DNA of 64,000 nt from Myxococcales bacterium (GTDB taxonomy: Bacteria > Myxococcota_A > UBA9042): positions 1 through 64,000 of the forward strand of contig JBBISH010000004.1 in NCBI GenBank assembly GCA_037441385.1. Direction: 5' to 3'. Shown one piece after another: positions 1 through 10,249 of this stretch (its first letter is position 1; each line of letters begins with the position of its first letter). The notes under the pieces are model-generated. The model was not told the origin of the DNA, ran no database searches, and worked only from the letters and a program-made list of their open reading frames with translations. Made by a program: the position numbers and the translations under genes.

Positions 1-696
1 GTCGCTGCCGGCGCCGGTCGTGGGCGGTTGAAAACCGCCGCGGCGATCGGCCTGCGCGTCGGCCGAATCGTCAATAAGTATAAGGTCGCCAAGCACTTCG
101 ATCTCACAATCGGCGAGAGCACGCTGCAGTTCGAGCGGCGGCAAGCCGCCATCGACGCCGAGGCCGCCCTGGATGGCATCTACGTGGTGCGCACGTCGCT
201 CCCCGTGGCGCAGCGGTCGACAGAAGAGACTGTCCGTGATTACAAGCGCTTGACTCAGGTCGAGCACGCGTTTCGCTCGATGAAAACCGTGGACCTCCAC
301 GTCCGGCCGCTCTGGCACCGGACTGAGAAGCGGGTCAAGGCGCATATCTTCTTGTGCAAGCTCGCTTATTACGTCCAGTGGTACTTGGAGAAGGCGCTCG
401 CGCCGCTGACTTTTGGCGACGAAACGCCCGAAGACCGGCTGACCCGCGACCCGGTGGCGCCGGCTCGTCCGAGTGAGGAAGCAAAGCAGAAGTGCCTGAC
501 CAAGCGCAATATTTCCGGCGAGCCGGTGACGCGCCTGACGAGGGTGCTCGGCCACATGGCGACCATCGTGCGCAACCGCTGTCGGACCAAGGGCAGCGAC
601 GAGACGTTTGACCTGGATACGCTGCCCAACCCGCTGCAGCGGCGGGCGCTGGAACTGGTGGAGGGGATGCTGATGTCACACGACGGCGATCGCTGA
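1..696 (+). mobile_element. IS1634-family (IS4-like DDE) transposase, C-terminal part; 5' end lies outside the window
   Basis: The frame is open from base 1. Motifs DGIYVVRTSL, YKRLTQVEHAFRSMK (Y-x2-R-x3-E signature with R shifted) and VRPLWHRTEKRVKAHIFLCKLAYY are typical of IS1634 transposases. Confidence 0.85.
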
Positions 697-854
697 AACC
701 GAGGCACCGTATTGTTATTACATGGAAATGCGTGATCTCGAAGCTGGAAGATCAGTTTAGATGGGATTTCAAGGTGCTCTGCCCGCCAAACCCTACTCTG
801 CAGCCCGCAACGCTACCCTGCCCCCAAACCCGGCGCTCGACGCGGCCGGGCGAC

Positions 855-3800
855 CTACACGGGGGGTTCGCTCTCGACTTGCAGCGGCAGCACAGACTCG
901 CCGCGGCCAAACACCCTGCCCCACAAGCGGCTGGCCCAGCCGGACAAGTCGTCGAAAAGCGAATACGCGACCGGTGTTGCGAGCAAGGTTAACAGCAACG
1001 AGAACGTCTGGCCGCCGATGATGACAAAGCCGGTCGCGCGGTTGGTGCCCGCGCCCGCACCCGACGACAGCACCAGCGGAATCATGCCGGCGACAAAGGC
1101 CGCGGTCGTCATCAAGATCGGTCGCAACCGGTCGCGGTTGGCCCGCATCATCGCCTCGTGTCTCGGTAATCCGGCGCGTCGCAAAGCCAAAGTATGGTCG
1201 ATCTGCAAGATCGAGTTCTTCTTGACCACGCCGAACAACACCAAGATGCCCAGCATCGAGAAGATGTTCAGGCTTTGGTCGAACAAGATCACCGACAGGA
1301 TGGCGAACGGCACCGTCAGCGGCAGCGACAACAAGATGGTGATCGGGTGCAACCAGCTCTCGAACTGGGCGGCGAGCACCAAGTACATGAAGATGAACGA
1401 CATGGCGAAAGCCAAGCCGAAATTCTTGGCGGCGCGCCCCAGTTCGCGCGACTGGCCGGCGGCAGCGGCGGTGTAGCCAGGGGCCAGATTCATCTTGGTC
1501 ACGGCGCCGTCCAAAGCTTCGACGATGGTCCGCGTCGAGGCCCCTTTGGCCACGTTGCACATGACCATGGCGCTGCGGCGACGGTTGTAGCGGTCGATTT
1601 TGGACGGGCCTTCGCCTGGGCTGAAGCTGACCAAGTTGTCCAAGGTGACGGCGCCCAACTTGGTCGACGGCACCGACAGCCGCGATAGACCCTGCAAGTC
1701 CGCGCGATGGCTGGCCTCTGCCCGGGCGTGGACCTCGTACTGTTCGGCATTCTCGTTGAACGTCGTCACTTCGTAGCCGCCCACCAACAGCCGCAGGGCA
1801 CTGGCCACATCGGCTACGCTGACGCCCAACTCGGCGGCCTTGGCGCGGTCGATGTGAGCCCGCAGCTCGGGCTTGCCCACGATGAGCGACGTGTCCGGGT
1901 CGACCACGCCGGGCTGGGCCTTGAGCGTGGTCAGTAATTTCTCCACGGTCTCGCTGATTTTCACCATGTCGGGCCCGGTGACCTGGTACATCACAGGGAA
2001 GTTCTGCTGGCCGCCCGAAAAGGGCGAAACTTGCGACACCGAGACGCGGTAGCCCGGCTTGGCGTGGCGCGGCACCACCTCGTCGCGGATCTTGGCGATC
2101 GTCTCGATTTGGCTGAGCTTGCGCTCGGCGACCGGCACCAGCTTGACGTAGATCGACGCGAGGTTCGGGGTCTTTTGCGGATCGTCGCCGATGGTCGTCA
2201 CGGCGTAGCGCACGCCGTCCACAGCTTCGGCGTCGTGCGCCAAACGTGTCGCCAATACGCGGGTCTGGTCCAAACTGGTCCCCTCCGGGGTACGGAGCGA
2301 GATCTGCAGCTGCGACTCGTCTTCGTCGGGCAGAAAGTTGGCGCGGGCACTCTTGCCCAAGAGCGGAATGGACACCAACGCCCCCACACAGGCCACCACC
2401 ACCACCCAGCGGTGGCGCAGCGACCAGCCCAGGATGACCAGATAACCGCGCTCAAGCCAACCGTAAATCCCGCCGGACTCGCCGCCGTGGGCGTGACTGG
2501 CCGCGGGCTTGCCGTCTTTGCCCAGTTTGCGGCGCAGCCAGCGCGAACACATCATGGGCGTCAGGCTGAACGAGACGAGCAGCGAGACCATGATCGAAAA
2601 ACTCATGGTCAGGCCAAATGAATTCATGAAGCGGCCGACGATGCCGCCCATGAACGCCACCGGCAAGAACACCGCCACCAAGGACAACGTGGTGGCCAAC
2701 ACCGCCAGACCGATCTCTTGCGTGCCGTGCAAAGCGGCCTGCACCGGGTCCATGCCGCGTTCGTCGATGTCGCGCCAGATGATCTCTAGGACCACGATGG
2801 CGTCGTCGATCACGATGCCCACCGCAAGCGTCAGGGCGAGCAAGGTGATGGCATTCAAGGTGAAGCCGGCGGCCTGCATCACGCCAAAGGTCGAGATGAT
2901 CGAAATCGGAATCGCGACGGCCGAGATGATGGTCGAGCGGGCATTGCCCAAGAACACGAACACGATGATGGCGGCGCACAGTGCACCCAAGACCAAGTGC
3001 TCTTTGACCGCACCGATGGCGTTCTCGATGAATTCGCTTTGATCGCGGGCCACTTCGACCGAAAAGCCGGGCGGCAGGCGCGTGCGCAGGTCCTCCAAGC
3101 GTTCTTTGACGTTCTTGACCACCTGGACCGTATTGGTGCCGGACTGCTTGCGGATATTCAACAAGATCGTCGACTTGCCAGCTTTGAAACCGACCGACTC
3201 GGGATCGGCGATGCCGTCTTCGACGCGCGCCACGTCGCTCAGCTTGATCTGCACGCCGTCGCGCGTGGCGACATAGACGTTCGCGAAATCGGCGACTTGC
3301 TCCACACGGCCCTGGGTGCGCAGCGTGAACTGCCGCTGCCCTTGCTCGACGCGGCCGCTGGGCAACTCGATGTTTTGGCTGCGCAACGCGCGCTCGACCT
3401 CCGAAGCGGTGACACCGAACCGCAAGAGCTTGGTGGGATCAATGGTGACGTTGACCTGGCGCGGCCGGGCGCCGATCAGCAGCACCTGGCCAACCCCGCC
3501 CAGCGACTCCAGCTCGCGGCGCAGCTTCTTGTCGGCAAATTCGCTGGTTTCGCGGGCATTGCCGCTGCCCGTGACCGCGAGCGTCAGGACCGGCGAGGCG
3601 TCGGGGTCCATCTTGCTGACGACCGGTGGGTCGATCCCGGCAGGCAATTCACGTTGAGCAGCTGCCACTTTCTCGCGTACTTCCTGCGCAGCGACGTCCA
3701 CGTCCTTTTCCAGCACGAACGTCACGATGACTTGGCTCACGCCCTCGGCCGAGCTGGAGCGCAGCTCGTCGATACCGCTGATGGTGTTGATGGCTGCTTC

Positions 3801-4004
3801 CAACTTGTCCGAAATCTCGGACTCGACTTCTTCGGGCGCGGCGCCGGGCAGCGTGGTGATCACGGTCACGACTGGGAAATCGATCTTGGGGAAGCGATCG
3901 ACGCCCAGCTTGCCGTAGGCGAAGACGCCGACCACCGACAAAATGAGCATGAGCACGGTGGCAAAAACGGGGCGGCGCACACAGACCGCTGCAAGCCATT
4001 GCAT
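855..4004 (-). CDS. RND efflux transporter permease (AcrB/MdtBC-like)
   Basis: 1049 aa; N-terminal RRPVFA; GIVIDDAIVV and RLRPILMTT motifs; two large periplasmic loops. Confidence 0.95.
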   Translation of the reverse strand: MQWLAAVCVRRPVFATVLMLILSVVGVFAYGKLGVDRFPKIDFPVVTVITTLPGAAPEEVESEISDKLEAAINTISGIDELRSSSAEGVSQVIVTFVLEKDVDVAAQEVREKVAAAQRELPAGIDPPVVSKMDPDASPVLTLAVTGSGNARETSEFADKKLRRELESLGGVGQVLLIGARPRQVNVTIDPTKLLRFGVTASEVERALRSQNIELPSGRVEQGQRQFTLRTQGRVEQVADFANVYVATRDGVQIKLSDVARVEDGIADPESVGFKAGKSTILLNIRKQSGTNTVQVVKNVKERLEDLRTRLPPGFSVEVARDQSEFIENAIGAVKEHLVLGALCAAIIVFVFLGNARSTIISAVAIPISIISTFGVMQAAGFTLNAITLLALTLAVGIVIDDAIVVLEIIWRDIDERGMDPVQAALHGTQEIGLAVLATTLSLVAVFLPVAFMGGIVGRFMNSFGLTMSFSIMVSLLVSFSLTPMMCSRWLRRKLGKDGKPAASHAHGGESGGIYGWLERGYLVILGWSLRHRWVVVVACVGALVSIPLLGKSARANFLPDEDESQLQISLRTPEGTSLDQTRVLATRLAHDAEAVDGVRYAVTTIGDDPQKTPNLASIYVKLVPVAERKLSQIETIAKIRDEVVPRHAKPGYRVSVSQVSPFSGGQQNFPVMYQVTGPDMVKISETVEKLLTTLKAQPGVVDPDTSLIVGKPELRAHIDRAKAAELGVSVADVASALRLLVGGYEVTTFNENAEQYEVHARAEASHRADLQGLSRLSVPSTKLGAVTLDNLVSFSPGEGPSKIDRYNRRRSAMVMCNVAKGASTRTIVEALDGAVTKMNLAPGYTAAAAGQSRELGRAAKNFGLAFAMSFIFMYLVLAAQFESWLHPITILLSLPLTVPFAILSVILFDQSLNIFSMLGILVLFGVVKKNSILQIDHTLALRRAGLPRHEAMMRANRDRLRPILMTTAAFVAGMIPLVLSSGAGAGTNRATGFVIIGGQTFSLLLTLLATPVAYSLFDDLSGWASRLWGRVFGRGESVLPLQVESEPPV

Positions 4005-4046
4005 GGGTTCCTCCGCAGAACTACTGGCGGAAAATGGGGCGTTGCC

Positions 4047-5312
4047 CTACTTCTTGACGGCAACCTTGGCGCCGTCGGTCAGCTTGTCGACACCGCTGAT
4101 GGCGACGACCTCGCCGGCCTTGACCGAGCCGCGCACTTCGACCAAGCCATCCCAACTCCGGCCCACGGCCACCACGTGCTCGACCGCGCGGCCGCCGTCG
4201 ATGACAAAAACGCGCTCGGCGCTGCCGCTGGAGCCGATGGCTGACTTGGGGACCAGCACCGCCGGTTGCGGCTCGCCGCCCAATAGCAGCAGCAGGGTCG
4301 CAAAGAACCCTGGCTTCAGGCGTCCGTCGCTGTTGTCGAGCTCCGCTTCGACCGGCAAAGTGCGCGCCGCCGGTTTGAGCGCCCCGGCGATCCGCTTGAC
4401 CGTGCCGGCGAACCGCACCTCGGGATAGGCGGCGACCGTGACCAGCACCTGCGCGTCGGGCTGAACGCGTGCGGCATGTTGCTCGGGCACGTCAAATTTG
4501 AGGCGCAGCGGCCGGTCGCGCACCAGCACCGCCACCACCCGACCAGCTTGAGCATATTCGCCAGGATTGATGCGGCGTTCCGTGACCACGCCTTCAAAGG
4601 GCGCGCGCACCTCGGTGTCGCCGGCAGCCTTTTCGCTCAGATCCTGGGCCGCTTTGGCCGCTTGCAGCCCTGCCCAAGCCTGCTGAGCGCCGTTGACGGC
4701 CGCATCGACCTGAGCACGCGCTTGCTCCAAACGGGTCTTGGCCGCGTCTAGCTGGGCCTGTGGCGCACTGCCGCCCTCGACTAAAGCTTTGGCGCGTTTG
4801 GCTTCAGTCTCGGCCAGTTGCAGGGCCTCGCGGGCCAACTGCACTTCGGGCACCTTGCTCGCCGCGAACCCTTCGCCCGGATGCATGCCCAGGCGAGCGT
4901 AGGCCTGCTGCGTGGCTGCCGAGGCCTGCGAGAGCCGCATCACCGCGTCGCGCTTGTCGATTCTTACCAAGACGTCGCCCTTCTGCACGCGCGTGCCCAC
5001 GTCGATCAGCACCTCGCTGACGATGCCCGGCGTGGGCGCGGCCACTTCGCTGGTTTCGTCGGCCGCCAAGGCTCCGGCAAATTCCAAAGCCCTGGGCAGC
5101 AGTTGGCTGGTCGCTGCGCTGACATCCACCGCAAGGACCACCTCCGCCGCGCTGGGCGTGGCAGGTCGCGCGTCTTGGGCGGCCTTGGCGGGCGCGCCCT
5201 TGTCCCCAGCGCCGCCCTTGCCTTGGCAGCCGGCCAGCGCGGCCAGCGCCAGACCACTGGCCAACAGCGCACGGCTGCGCCCAAACATCCTTTCGTTCCG
5301 TAGCAATTGCAT
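4047..5312 (-). CDS. RND efflux periplasmic adaptor (membrane fusion) lipoprotein
   Basis: Lipobox LAGC; lipoyl halves (VDVGTRVQKGDVL-like, VRAPFEG); coiled coil; LKPGFF. AGGAG Shine-Dalgarno before the ATG at 5312. Confidence 0.93.
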   Translation of the reverse strand: MQLLRNERMFGRSRALLASGLALAALAGCQGKGGAGDKGAPAKAAQDARPATPSAAEVVLAVDVSAATSQLLPRALEFAGALAADETSEVAAPTPGIVSEVLIDVGTRVQKGDVLVRIDKRDAVMRLSQASAATQQAYARLGMHPGEGFAASKVPEVQLAREALQLAETEAKRAKALVEGGSAPQAQLDAAKTRLEQARAQVDAAVNGAQQAWAGLQAAKAAQDLSEKAAGDTEVRAPFEGVVTERRINPGEYAQAGRVVAVLVRDRPLRLKFDVPEQHAARVQPDAQVLVTVAAYPEVRFAGTVKRIAGALKPAARTLPVEAELDNSDGRLKPGFFATLLLLLGGEPQPAVLVPKSAIGSSGSAERVFVIDGGRAVEHVVAVGRSWDGLVEVRGSVKAGEVVAISGVDKLTDGAKVAVKK

Positions 5313-5321
5313 CGTCAACTC

Positions 5322-6716
5322 CTACTCCTTGGCGTCGGGCTGCGGCGCCCGCACGGCGCCGGTCAAATGGCGCACTTTCAAGATGGTAAGGTCCAGCGCT
5401 AGGCGCTCGCGTTCCACGTTGGCCTCGCTCACGCGCAGGTTGGTGTCGGCCTCGGCCTGTTCCAGCGAGGTAGAGGCACCGTTGGCCAGCGCGTTGGCCA
5501 CGATCTCGGCCGTGCGCTTGGCGCGGGTCTGCTGCTGCTCGGCCAGGCTCAGGGACTGCTGGGCAGTGGCCAAGTCCAACTCGGCTTGGTCCAAAGCCGC
5601 GTTCAAGTCGCGCTCGGCTTTGTCGAATTCGCGCTGCATCCGGATGCGGCTGGCGTTGCGCTCGCGAGCATCGGCATAGCGCACGCCGCGGTCGAACACC
5701 GGCACGACCAGATTCACCGTGGCCGCCCAAAGCCAGTTCTTGCCCACAAAACCGGGCGTATCCGTGTACCGGCCGTTGGCCTGCAGGTTCAGCATCGGCA
5801 ACCAGCGCAGCTGCGCTTCGCGCACTTGGGCCTCGGCCGCTTGCAGCGAGAGTCGCCGCGCCTGCAGGTCGGGCCGCTCGTGGTGGGCGCTGGCGCGGTG
5901 CTCGTCGGCCGAGCCGGTGGGCAACGTAAGGCTGGGCGGAACCTGGAGATCCGTAGGCGGCGCCTCGCCCAGCAGGGCCCCCAGCATGACCAGGAGTTGG
6001 CGGCGCGCGGCCTCGGCCCGGAGCAGATCCCCGCGGGCCCGGTCGCGCTCGCTCTCTGCACGCAGCACCGCTACGTCGGCCTCCGAGCCGCCAGCGCGCC
6101 GATTTTGCGCCACCGCAACCCGCTGATCGGCCAGTACGATGGCACGTTGAGCCGAGTCGATGAGCCGCAACACCCCGGCGTGGTTGTAGAAAATCTGGTT
6201 GACCTGGTACACCAGCTCGCGCCGCGCGGCCTCTTGGCCGGCCTGTTGGGCTTCGACCGCCTTGTCCGCGGCCCCAGCCAGCAGGATCGGCGCCAGAGCA
6301 AACAGCGTCTGGTCCAGGCTCAGCACCCCGCCGATCGTGTCCTGCTTTTGAATGATCGACGGCGCCGGCAGCTTGTCGGGCGGGATGGTGACGCCAACCA
6401 TCTGGCCGATTCCGCCGATCATCTTGCCCAGATCCATCTTTGCTTCCACGGAGTTATGCGTGTAGCTGCCCACCGCCTGGACGTTGGGAAGGTACGCCGT
6501 GGTCACCTTGGCGCGAGCCGCGCGAGCTTCTTCCAAGCGTGCTGAGGCCACGGCCAGATCGCTGCTATTTTGCAGGGCGCGCTCTACGGCCTGCTCCAAG
6601 GTCAGGGCGGGCGCGGCGGCTTGAGCTGGCAGGGCCACCAACGCCACGCTGACGGTGGCAAGGCACGCCAACCACGCCGCGCTCGCGCGACGTGGCCGAC
6701 AAAGATGGACTCTCAC
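5322..6716 (-). CDS. TolC-family outer membrane efflux protein
   Basis: Signal peptide (AQA); LTLEQAVERAL; two OEP-like repeats (YLP / WLP...PVFDRG); lies in the RND operon. Confidence 0.9.
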   Translation of the reverse strand: MRVHLCRPRRASAAWLACLATVSVALVALPAQAAAPALTLEQAVERALQNSSDLAVASARLEEARAARAKVTTAYLPNVQAVGSYTHNSVEAKMDLGKMIGGIGQMVGVTIPPDKLPAPSIIQKQDTIGGVLSLDQTLFALAPILLAGAADKAVEAQQAGQEAARRELVYQVNQIFYNHAGVLRLIDSAQRAIVLADQRVAVAQNRRAGGSEADVAVLRAESERDRARGDLLRAEAARRQLLVMLGALLGEAPPTDLQVPPSLTLPTGSADEHRASAHHERPDLQARRLSLQAAEAQVREAQLRWLPMLNLQANGRYTDTPGFVGKNWLWAATVNLVVPVFDRGVRYADARERNASRIRMQREFDKAERDLNAALDQAELDLATAQQSLSLAEQQQTRAKRTAEIVANALANGASTSLEQAEADTNLRVSEANVERERLALDLTILKVRHLTGAVRAPQPDAKE

Positions 6717-6779
6717 GGTGGGCTCCTTTGGGCGGCAGGCCAGGCGTGGCCCGCGCAGGGAGGTAGGGTCAGCGAGGGG

Positions 6780-7442
6780 TTACGACAGGGGAGCCGCGGC
6801 GGCCCCGTGCAAGAAAAGGTCGATGGCGGCGGGCATCGGGTCGGCGGTTTCGCCGTTGATGAGCGTGCGAGCCAGGATGCCCCACAGCATCCCCAGCAGC
6901 AGGTCTGCTTGCGCGTCGCCCACATCGGGGCGCAAATGCCCGGCCGCGACGCCGCGGGCCACAATCAGCCGCACCCGCTCGCGAATCGAGTGCGCCATGG
7001 CGCGGCGGTCGCAGTGCGTCAGCTTGGGCGGATTGGGCGCCTGCATGACCAGCGCGAGCAGCGGACCGTGGCGACGCCAATGCTCGGTAAAGACGCGCAC
7101 GAAGCTACGGAAATCCGTCGGCCAATCCGCGCTGTGCTGCTCGATCGCAGCGTCCAAGTTGTCCAGCAGATCGGCGCGGCCCTTGGCCAGGACCGCCGCC
7201 ACTACGCCGTCGCGGTCGCCAAAGTGGTTGTAGATCGTCCCCACCGCCACGCCGGCACGGGCGGCGATCGCTTGGATGCGGGCGTCTAGTCCTTCTAGCA
7301 GCAGGACTTGCTCGGCCGCCGCCACGATGGCTGCCTGCGTCTGGTCGCGCAAGACTTCGCGCAGCCGACGCGGGGTCGTCGACCACTCGGCATTTTCGCC
7401 GCTTGGCCCTGCATGCGCTTCGCTGTCTTCGCCGTTTCGCAC
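6780..7442 (-). CDS. TetR/AcrR-family transcriptional regulator
   Basis: HTH motif IAARAGVAVGTIYNHFGD; first gene of the efflux operon. Confidence 0.93.
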   Translation of the reverse strand: MRNGEDSEAHAGPSGENAEWSTTPRRLREVLRDQTQAAIVAAAEQVLLLEGLDARIQAIAARAGVAVGTIYNHFGDRDGVVAAVLAKGRADLLDNLDAAIEQHSADWPTDFRSFVRVFTEHWRRHGPLLALVMQAPNPPKLTHCDRRAMAHSIRERVRLIVARGVAAGHLRPDVGDAQADLLLGMLWGILARTLINGETADPMPAAIDLFLHGAAAAPLS

Positions 7443-7505
7443 TTTATCTCCGCCGTAGTATTGTTTATCTCCGCCGTAGTATTGATTATCTCCGCCGTTA
7501 TATTA
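7443..7505. repeat. 21-bp tandem repeat x3 (TTTATCTCCGCCGTAGTATTG) directly upstream of tetR
   Basis: Two exact units at 7443-7463 and 7464-7484, then a degenerate third at 7485-7505. Confidence 0.92.
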
Positions 7506-7507
7506 CT

Positions 7508-7522
7508 TGAAATGATCGTTCA
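7508..7522. promoter_or_regulatory. Imperfect palindrome TGAAATGATCGTTCA, candidate TetR operator in a divergent promoter region
   Basis: TGAA-N7-TTCA dyad in an AT-rich patch upstream of tetR. TetR autoregulation is inferred from family behaviour. Confidence 0.45.
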
Positions 7523-7696
7523 TATTTTGTGAACTTACTCACCCCGATCGAGAACGTCAAGAGGGCCGCCAGGCAAGGCAATGAAACGCAATATTTCTTT
7601 GGATTGCGACGGTGTGATGACGCGGCGAGGGCGCGGTCGCCTTGCCGGGCCAGGGCCGCGGCCTACTCTGATGGTGAATCGAGCGCGGAGGGAGCG

Positions 7697-8401
7697 ATGG
7701 CTACGAAGATGCTGCAAAACATCGTCGAGAAGTGGACCATTTGGGCGCTGCTGGTGGCCGTGGCCGGGCTGGCGGCCTGCTCGGGCGCGGACCGCTTGGG
7801 GCAGCCGCGGACCATTGCCGGGACCACCGATCGCAGCGGTCGCACGATCGGCGTCCTGCCACCCGGCGTTGGCATCGCCGCCGGCCAGCCCGCGCCGCGC
7901 AGCCACGCACACGACGCGGCGGACCAACAGGTTGAGCTGGGGCCGATCTTTGACGCCGGGCCGACCCTGCTCGTGTTCTACCGCGGCGGCTGGTGCCCCT
8001 TCTGCCAGGTGCAGATCCGCAGCCTGCTCGCGGCCCAAGACGAACTGAAGCACCGCGGCGTCCGAGTGGTGGTGGTGAGCGTCGATCCGCCGGCCGACGG
8101 CGAGAAGAAGACCCTGGCGATGGCCGACTCGATGCTCGTCTTGCACGACGCGGACTTGGCGGCCCACACCGCCTTTGGCGTCGTGCATGTGGCCGACGAA
8201 GCAGAGGTAAAAAGCCTGCGCGACCGCGGTGTTGCTGTAGACGGGACGCTGCCCGGAGATCGGCGTTTTGCCGTTCCGGCCGTGTTCCTGGTGCAAAAGG
8301 GTCAGATCACCTGGGCCCACGCCGAGCCGGAGTACCGGAATCCGCCGGTCTTTGACGACCTGCGACCCGTATTGGAAGCAGCGGGCCTGAGAATTCGCTA
8401 G
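7697..8401 (+). CDS. Peroxiredoxin-like AhpC/TSA (redoxin) lipoprotein
   Basis: FYRGGWCPFC motif; lipobox LAAC; GGAG before the ATG at 7697. Confidence 0.85.
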   Translation: MATKMLQNIVEKWTIWALLVAVAGLAACSGADRLGQPRTIAGTTDRSGRTIGVLPPGVGIAAGQPAPRSHAHDAADQQVELGPIFDAGPTLLVFYRGGWCPFCQVQIRSLLAAQDELKHRGVRVVVVSVDPPADGEKKTLAMADSMLVLHDADLAAHTAFGVVHVADEAEVKSLRDRGVAVDGTLPGDRRFAVPAVFLVQKGQITWAHAEPEYRNPPVFDDLRPVLEAAGLRIR

Positions 8402-8404
8402 TCG

Positions 8405-8560
8405 GCGGATCAACTTGGAATTTCTGCGCGTTTCGGGGCCGTCTAAGTCGGCGCGGCGAGTCGCTTATGGCGCCAGCTTGCGACCCACTGAGCATCAACG
8501 TGTTTTCGTCAGCGAGTGGTTGCTTTGCTCTGGACCTCGGAGATTTGTGATTGGTGTTCT
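8405..8560. repeat. Degenerate copy of the intergenic repeat family between convergent genes
   Basis: GCGGATCAA...GCGGCGAGTC...AGCTTGCGACCCAC matches 24950-25032. TGATTGGTGTTCT is the reverse complement of 24708-24720. Confidence 0.65.
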
Positions 8561-9353
8561 AGTCGTCCAACCCGTCTGCAAAGACGCGGACCATGTGGCC
8601 TCGCGCCCGCACCAGATCGGCGACCTGGGCCATGGCGTGCGCACTGGCGGGCCGCAACGCCTTCTCGATAGGCGGTCGCGCCAGAGTGTACAAGTCGACC
8701 CGGCGGGGACGCATGAGGTCGATCAAGTCCAGCCACGCCGCGACTTCGGCCGGGGTGGTGTTGTCGACGCTGCCCTGAACGAGAAGGGTTTGCGCAATCG
8801 CATTAGGCAGTTGTGCCGCCGCCTGAGGTACCGCCGCAACGGGCAGCGCCTGCCAGGGCATGTCCAAGCGTTCGTACATGGACTGTGTGCCCGCGTCGAG
8901 CTTGACGGCTACCTCGTCCAGGCCGCAGCACGCCTGCAAAATAGCCGGCCGCAGCAGCTCAGTGCCAGCCGTCAACAGCACCAGGGGCGTGGTCGGCGCA
9001 AGCTGGGCCCGCAGCTCGCGCAGCACCGCGACGGCCTGGGGGAACTGCGGGTGCAAAGTCGACTCGCCGTTGCCCGAAAGTACCCAAGCATCAATCGGCA
9101 CTTGAGCGTGAAGCACCGCATCAGTGACTTCGCGCCGCAGTCGGTCCAGGTCGGCATAGGCCGCATCGCGATCGGGGTTGCGCTCGGGGCCGATCTGGCA
9201 GTAGGTGCAGCGCAACGAGCAACGCTTCTCGCCGATCGGCAGCAGATTGATCCCCAAGGTGACGCCATAACGCCGCGAGGGCACTGGTCCGTAGATGGTC
9301 TCGGCCGCCAGCTCGGAGTGGACGCGCTGCTCGGGTTGGTCGTTCAGAATCAT
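8559..9353 (-). CDS. Radical SAM protein (COG0731-like Fe-S oxidoreductase)
   Basis: CSLRCTYC (CxxxCxxC); IYGPVPSRRYGVTLGINL; SGNGESTLHP; VKLDAG. Confidence 0.88.
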   Translation of the reverse strand: MILNDQPEQRVHSELAAETIYGPVPSRRYGVTLGINLLPIGEKRCSLRCTYCQIGPERNPDRDAAYADLDRLRREVTDAVLHAQVPIDAWVLSGNGESTLHPQFPQAVAVLRELRAQLAPTTPLVLLTAGTELLRPAILQACCGLDEVAVKLDAGTQSMYERLDMPWQALPVAAVPQAAAQLPNAIAQTLLVQGSVDNTTPAEVAAWLDLIDLMRPRRVDLYTLARPPIEKALRPASAHAMAQVADLVRARGHMVRVFADGLDD

Positions 9354-9539
9354 GGTGTTCCGTGGCCGATGGCGGCCTGACTCGCCAAGGGTGCGCCTTC
9401 CGCCCAGCCGGTGCAAGCGATGGCCCCCAGGCCTGCCCCACGCCAAGCGATTGACGTGACCCCGGCGTTTCGCTATTGCACGGGTCGGCACGCGGCGGGC
9501 TGGCCAACTTGGCACCACCAGCGTGCAGGAGGAACGGTT

Positions 9540-10133
9540 ATGGGCCAATTCATGCGCAAGATGTCAAACTACTTCAAGATCTGGGCGAAGCCAACGCTCG
9601 CCGTGGCCGCGGCGGCGGGCTGCCTGCTGGCGGTGCCCCACCAGGCGCAGGCCGAGGTAGCTCCCCGCGTGCTGGGCGTGGACGCGGGCGTGCTGATTCC
9701 CGTGAGCAATTTGGCTGACGTGGTCGGCATGTCGTACGGCGTTTTGGTGCGCTTCGAGCAAAAGACGGCGCCGAACATGTCGGTCACGGGACGGGTCGGC
9801 GGTTTCCGCGGCTCGGCCAAGGACACCAACCTGGGCAGTCTGGCGCTAGACGGCTATGCCCTGTGGGTCGGCGGCGTGTACCGGCTGCAACCGTCGTCGG
9901 ACGGGCTGTTCCTGTCGGGCGAAGTGGGCGCCAACTTTGTGCAATTTCGTGCGCCCAATACCACGCAGAATAACACGGGCGCGATGGCGACCAAGTTCGG
10001 CGCCGTGGTCGGTGCGGGCTATCGCGCGGATGTGCTGACGGTGAGGGCCGCGCTGGACATGTACGACCTGACCAAAGCCGCAGAGACAATGGGACTTTTC
10101 TTGTCGGTTGGCTGGGATTTCAAGGGGCTGTAG
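9540..10133 (+). CDS. Small outer-membrane beta-barrel protein
   Basis: Signal peptide ending AQA; alternating amphipathic strands; C-terminal VGWDF; GGAGG Shine-Dalgarno. Confidence 0.7.
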   Translation: MGQFMRKMSNYFKIWAKPTLAVAAAAGCLLAVPHQAQAEVAPRVLGVDAGVLIPVSNLADVVGMSYGVLVRFEQKTAPNMSVTGRVGGFRGSAKDTNLGSLALDGYALWVGGVYRLQPSSDGLFLSGEVGANFVQFRAPNTTQNNTGAMATKFGAVVGAGYRADVLTVRAALDMYDLTKAAETMGLFLSVGWDFKGL

Positions 10134-10249
10134 CCCGGCAAGAATCCAAGGTCGAATCGTGCAGCGAGCGTCGGTAGCCCTGGCATTGGGCGCCGCGCGG
10201 CCTACCTTTTTGGGCAGCACTCGCCCGTCGGCGGCCACAGGCCCAAGGC

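Noticed and set aside
697..790. Right terminal inverted repeat of the IS element
   Set aside because: The left end is outside the window, so neither the inverted repeat nor a target duplication can be confirmed.
7443..7505. Possible CRISPR array
   Set aside because: The repeats are contiguous with no spacers, and there are no cas genes in the window.
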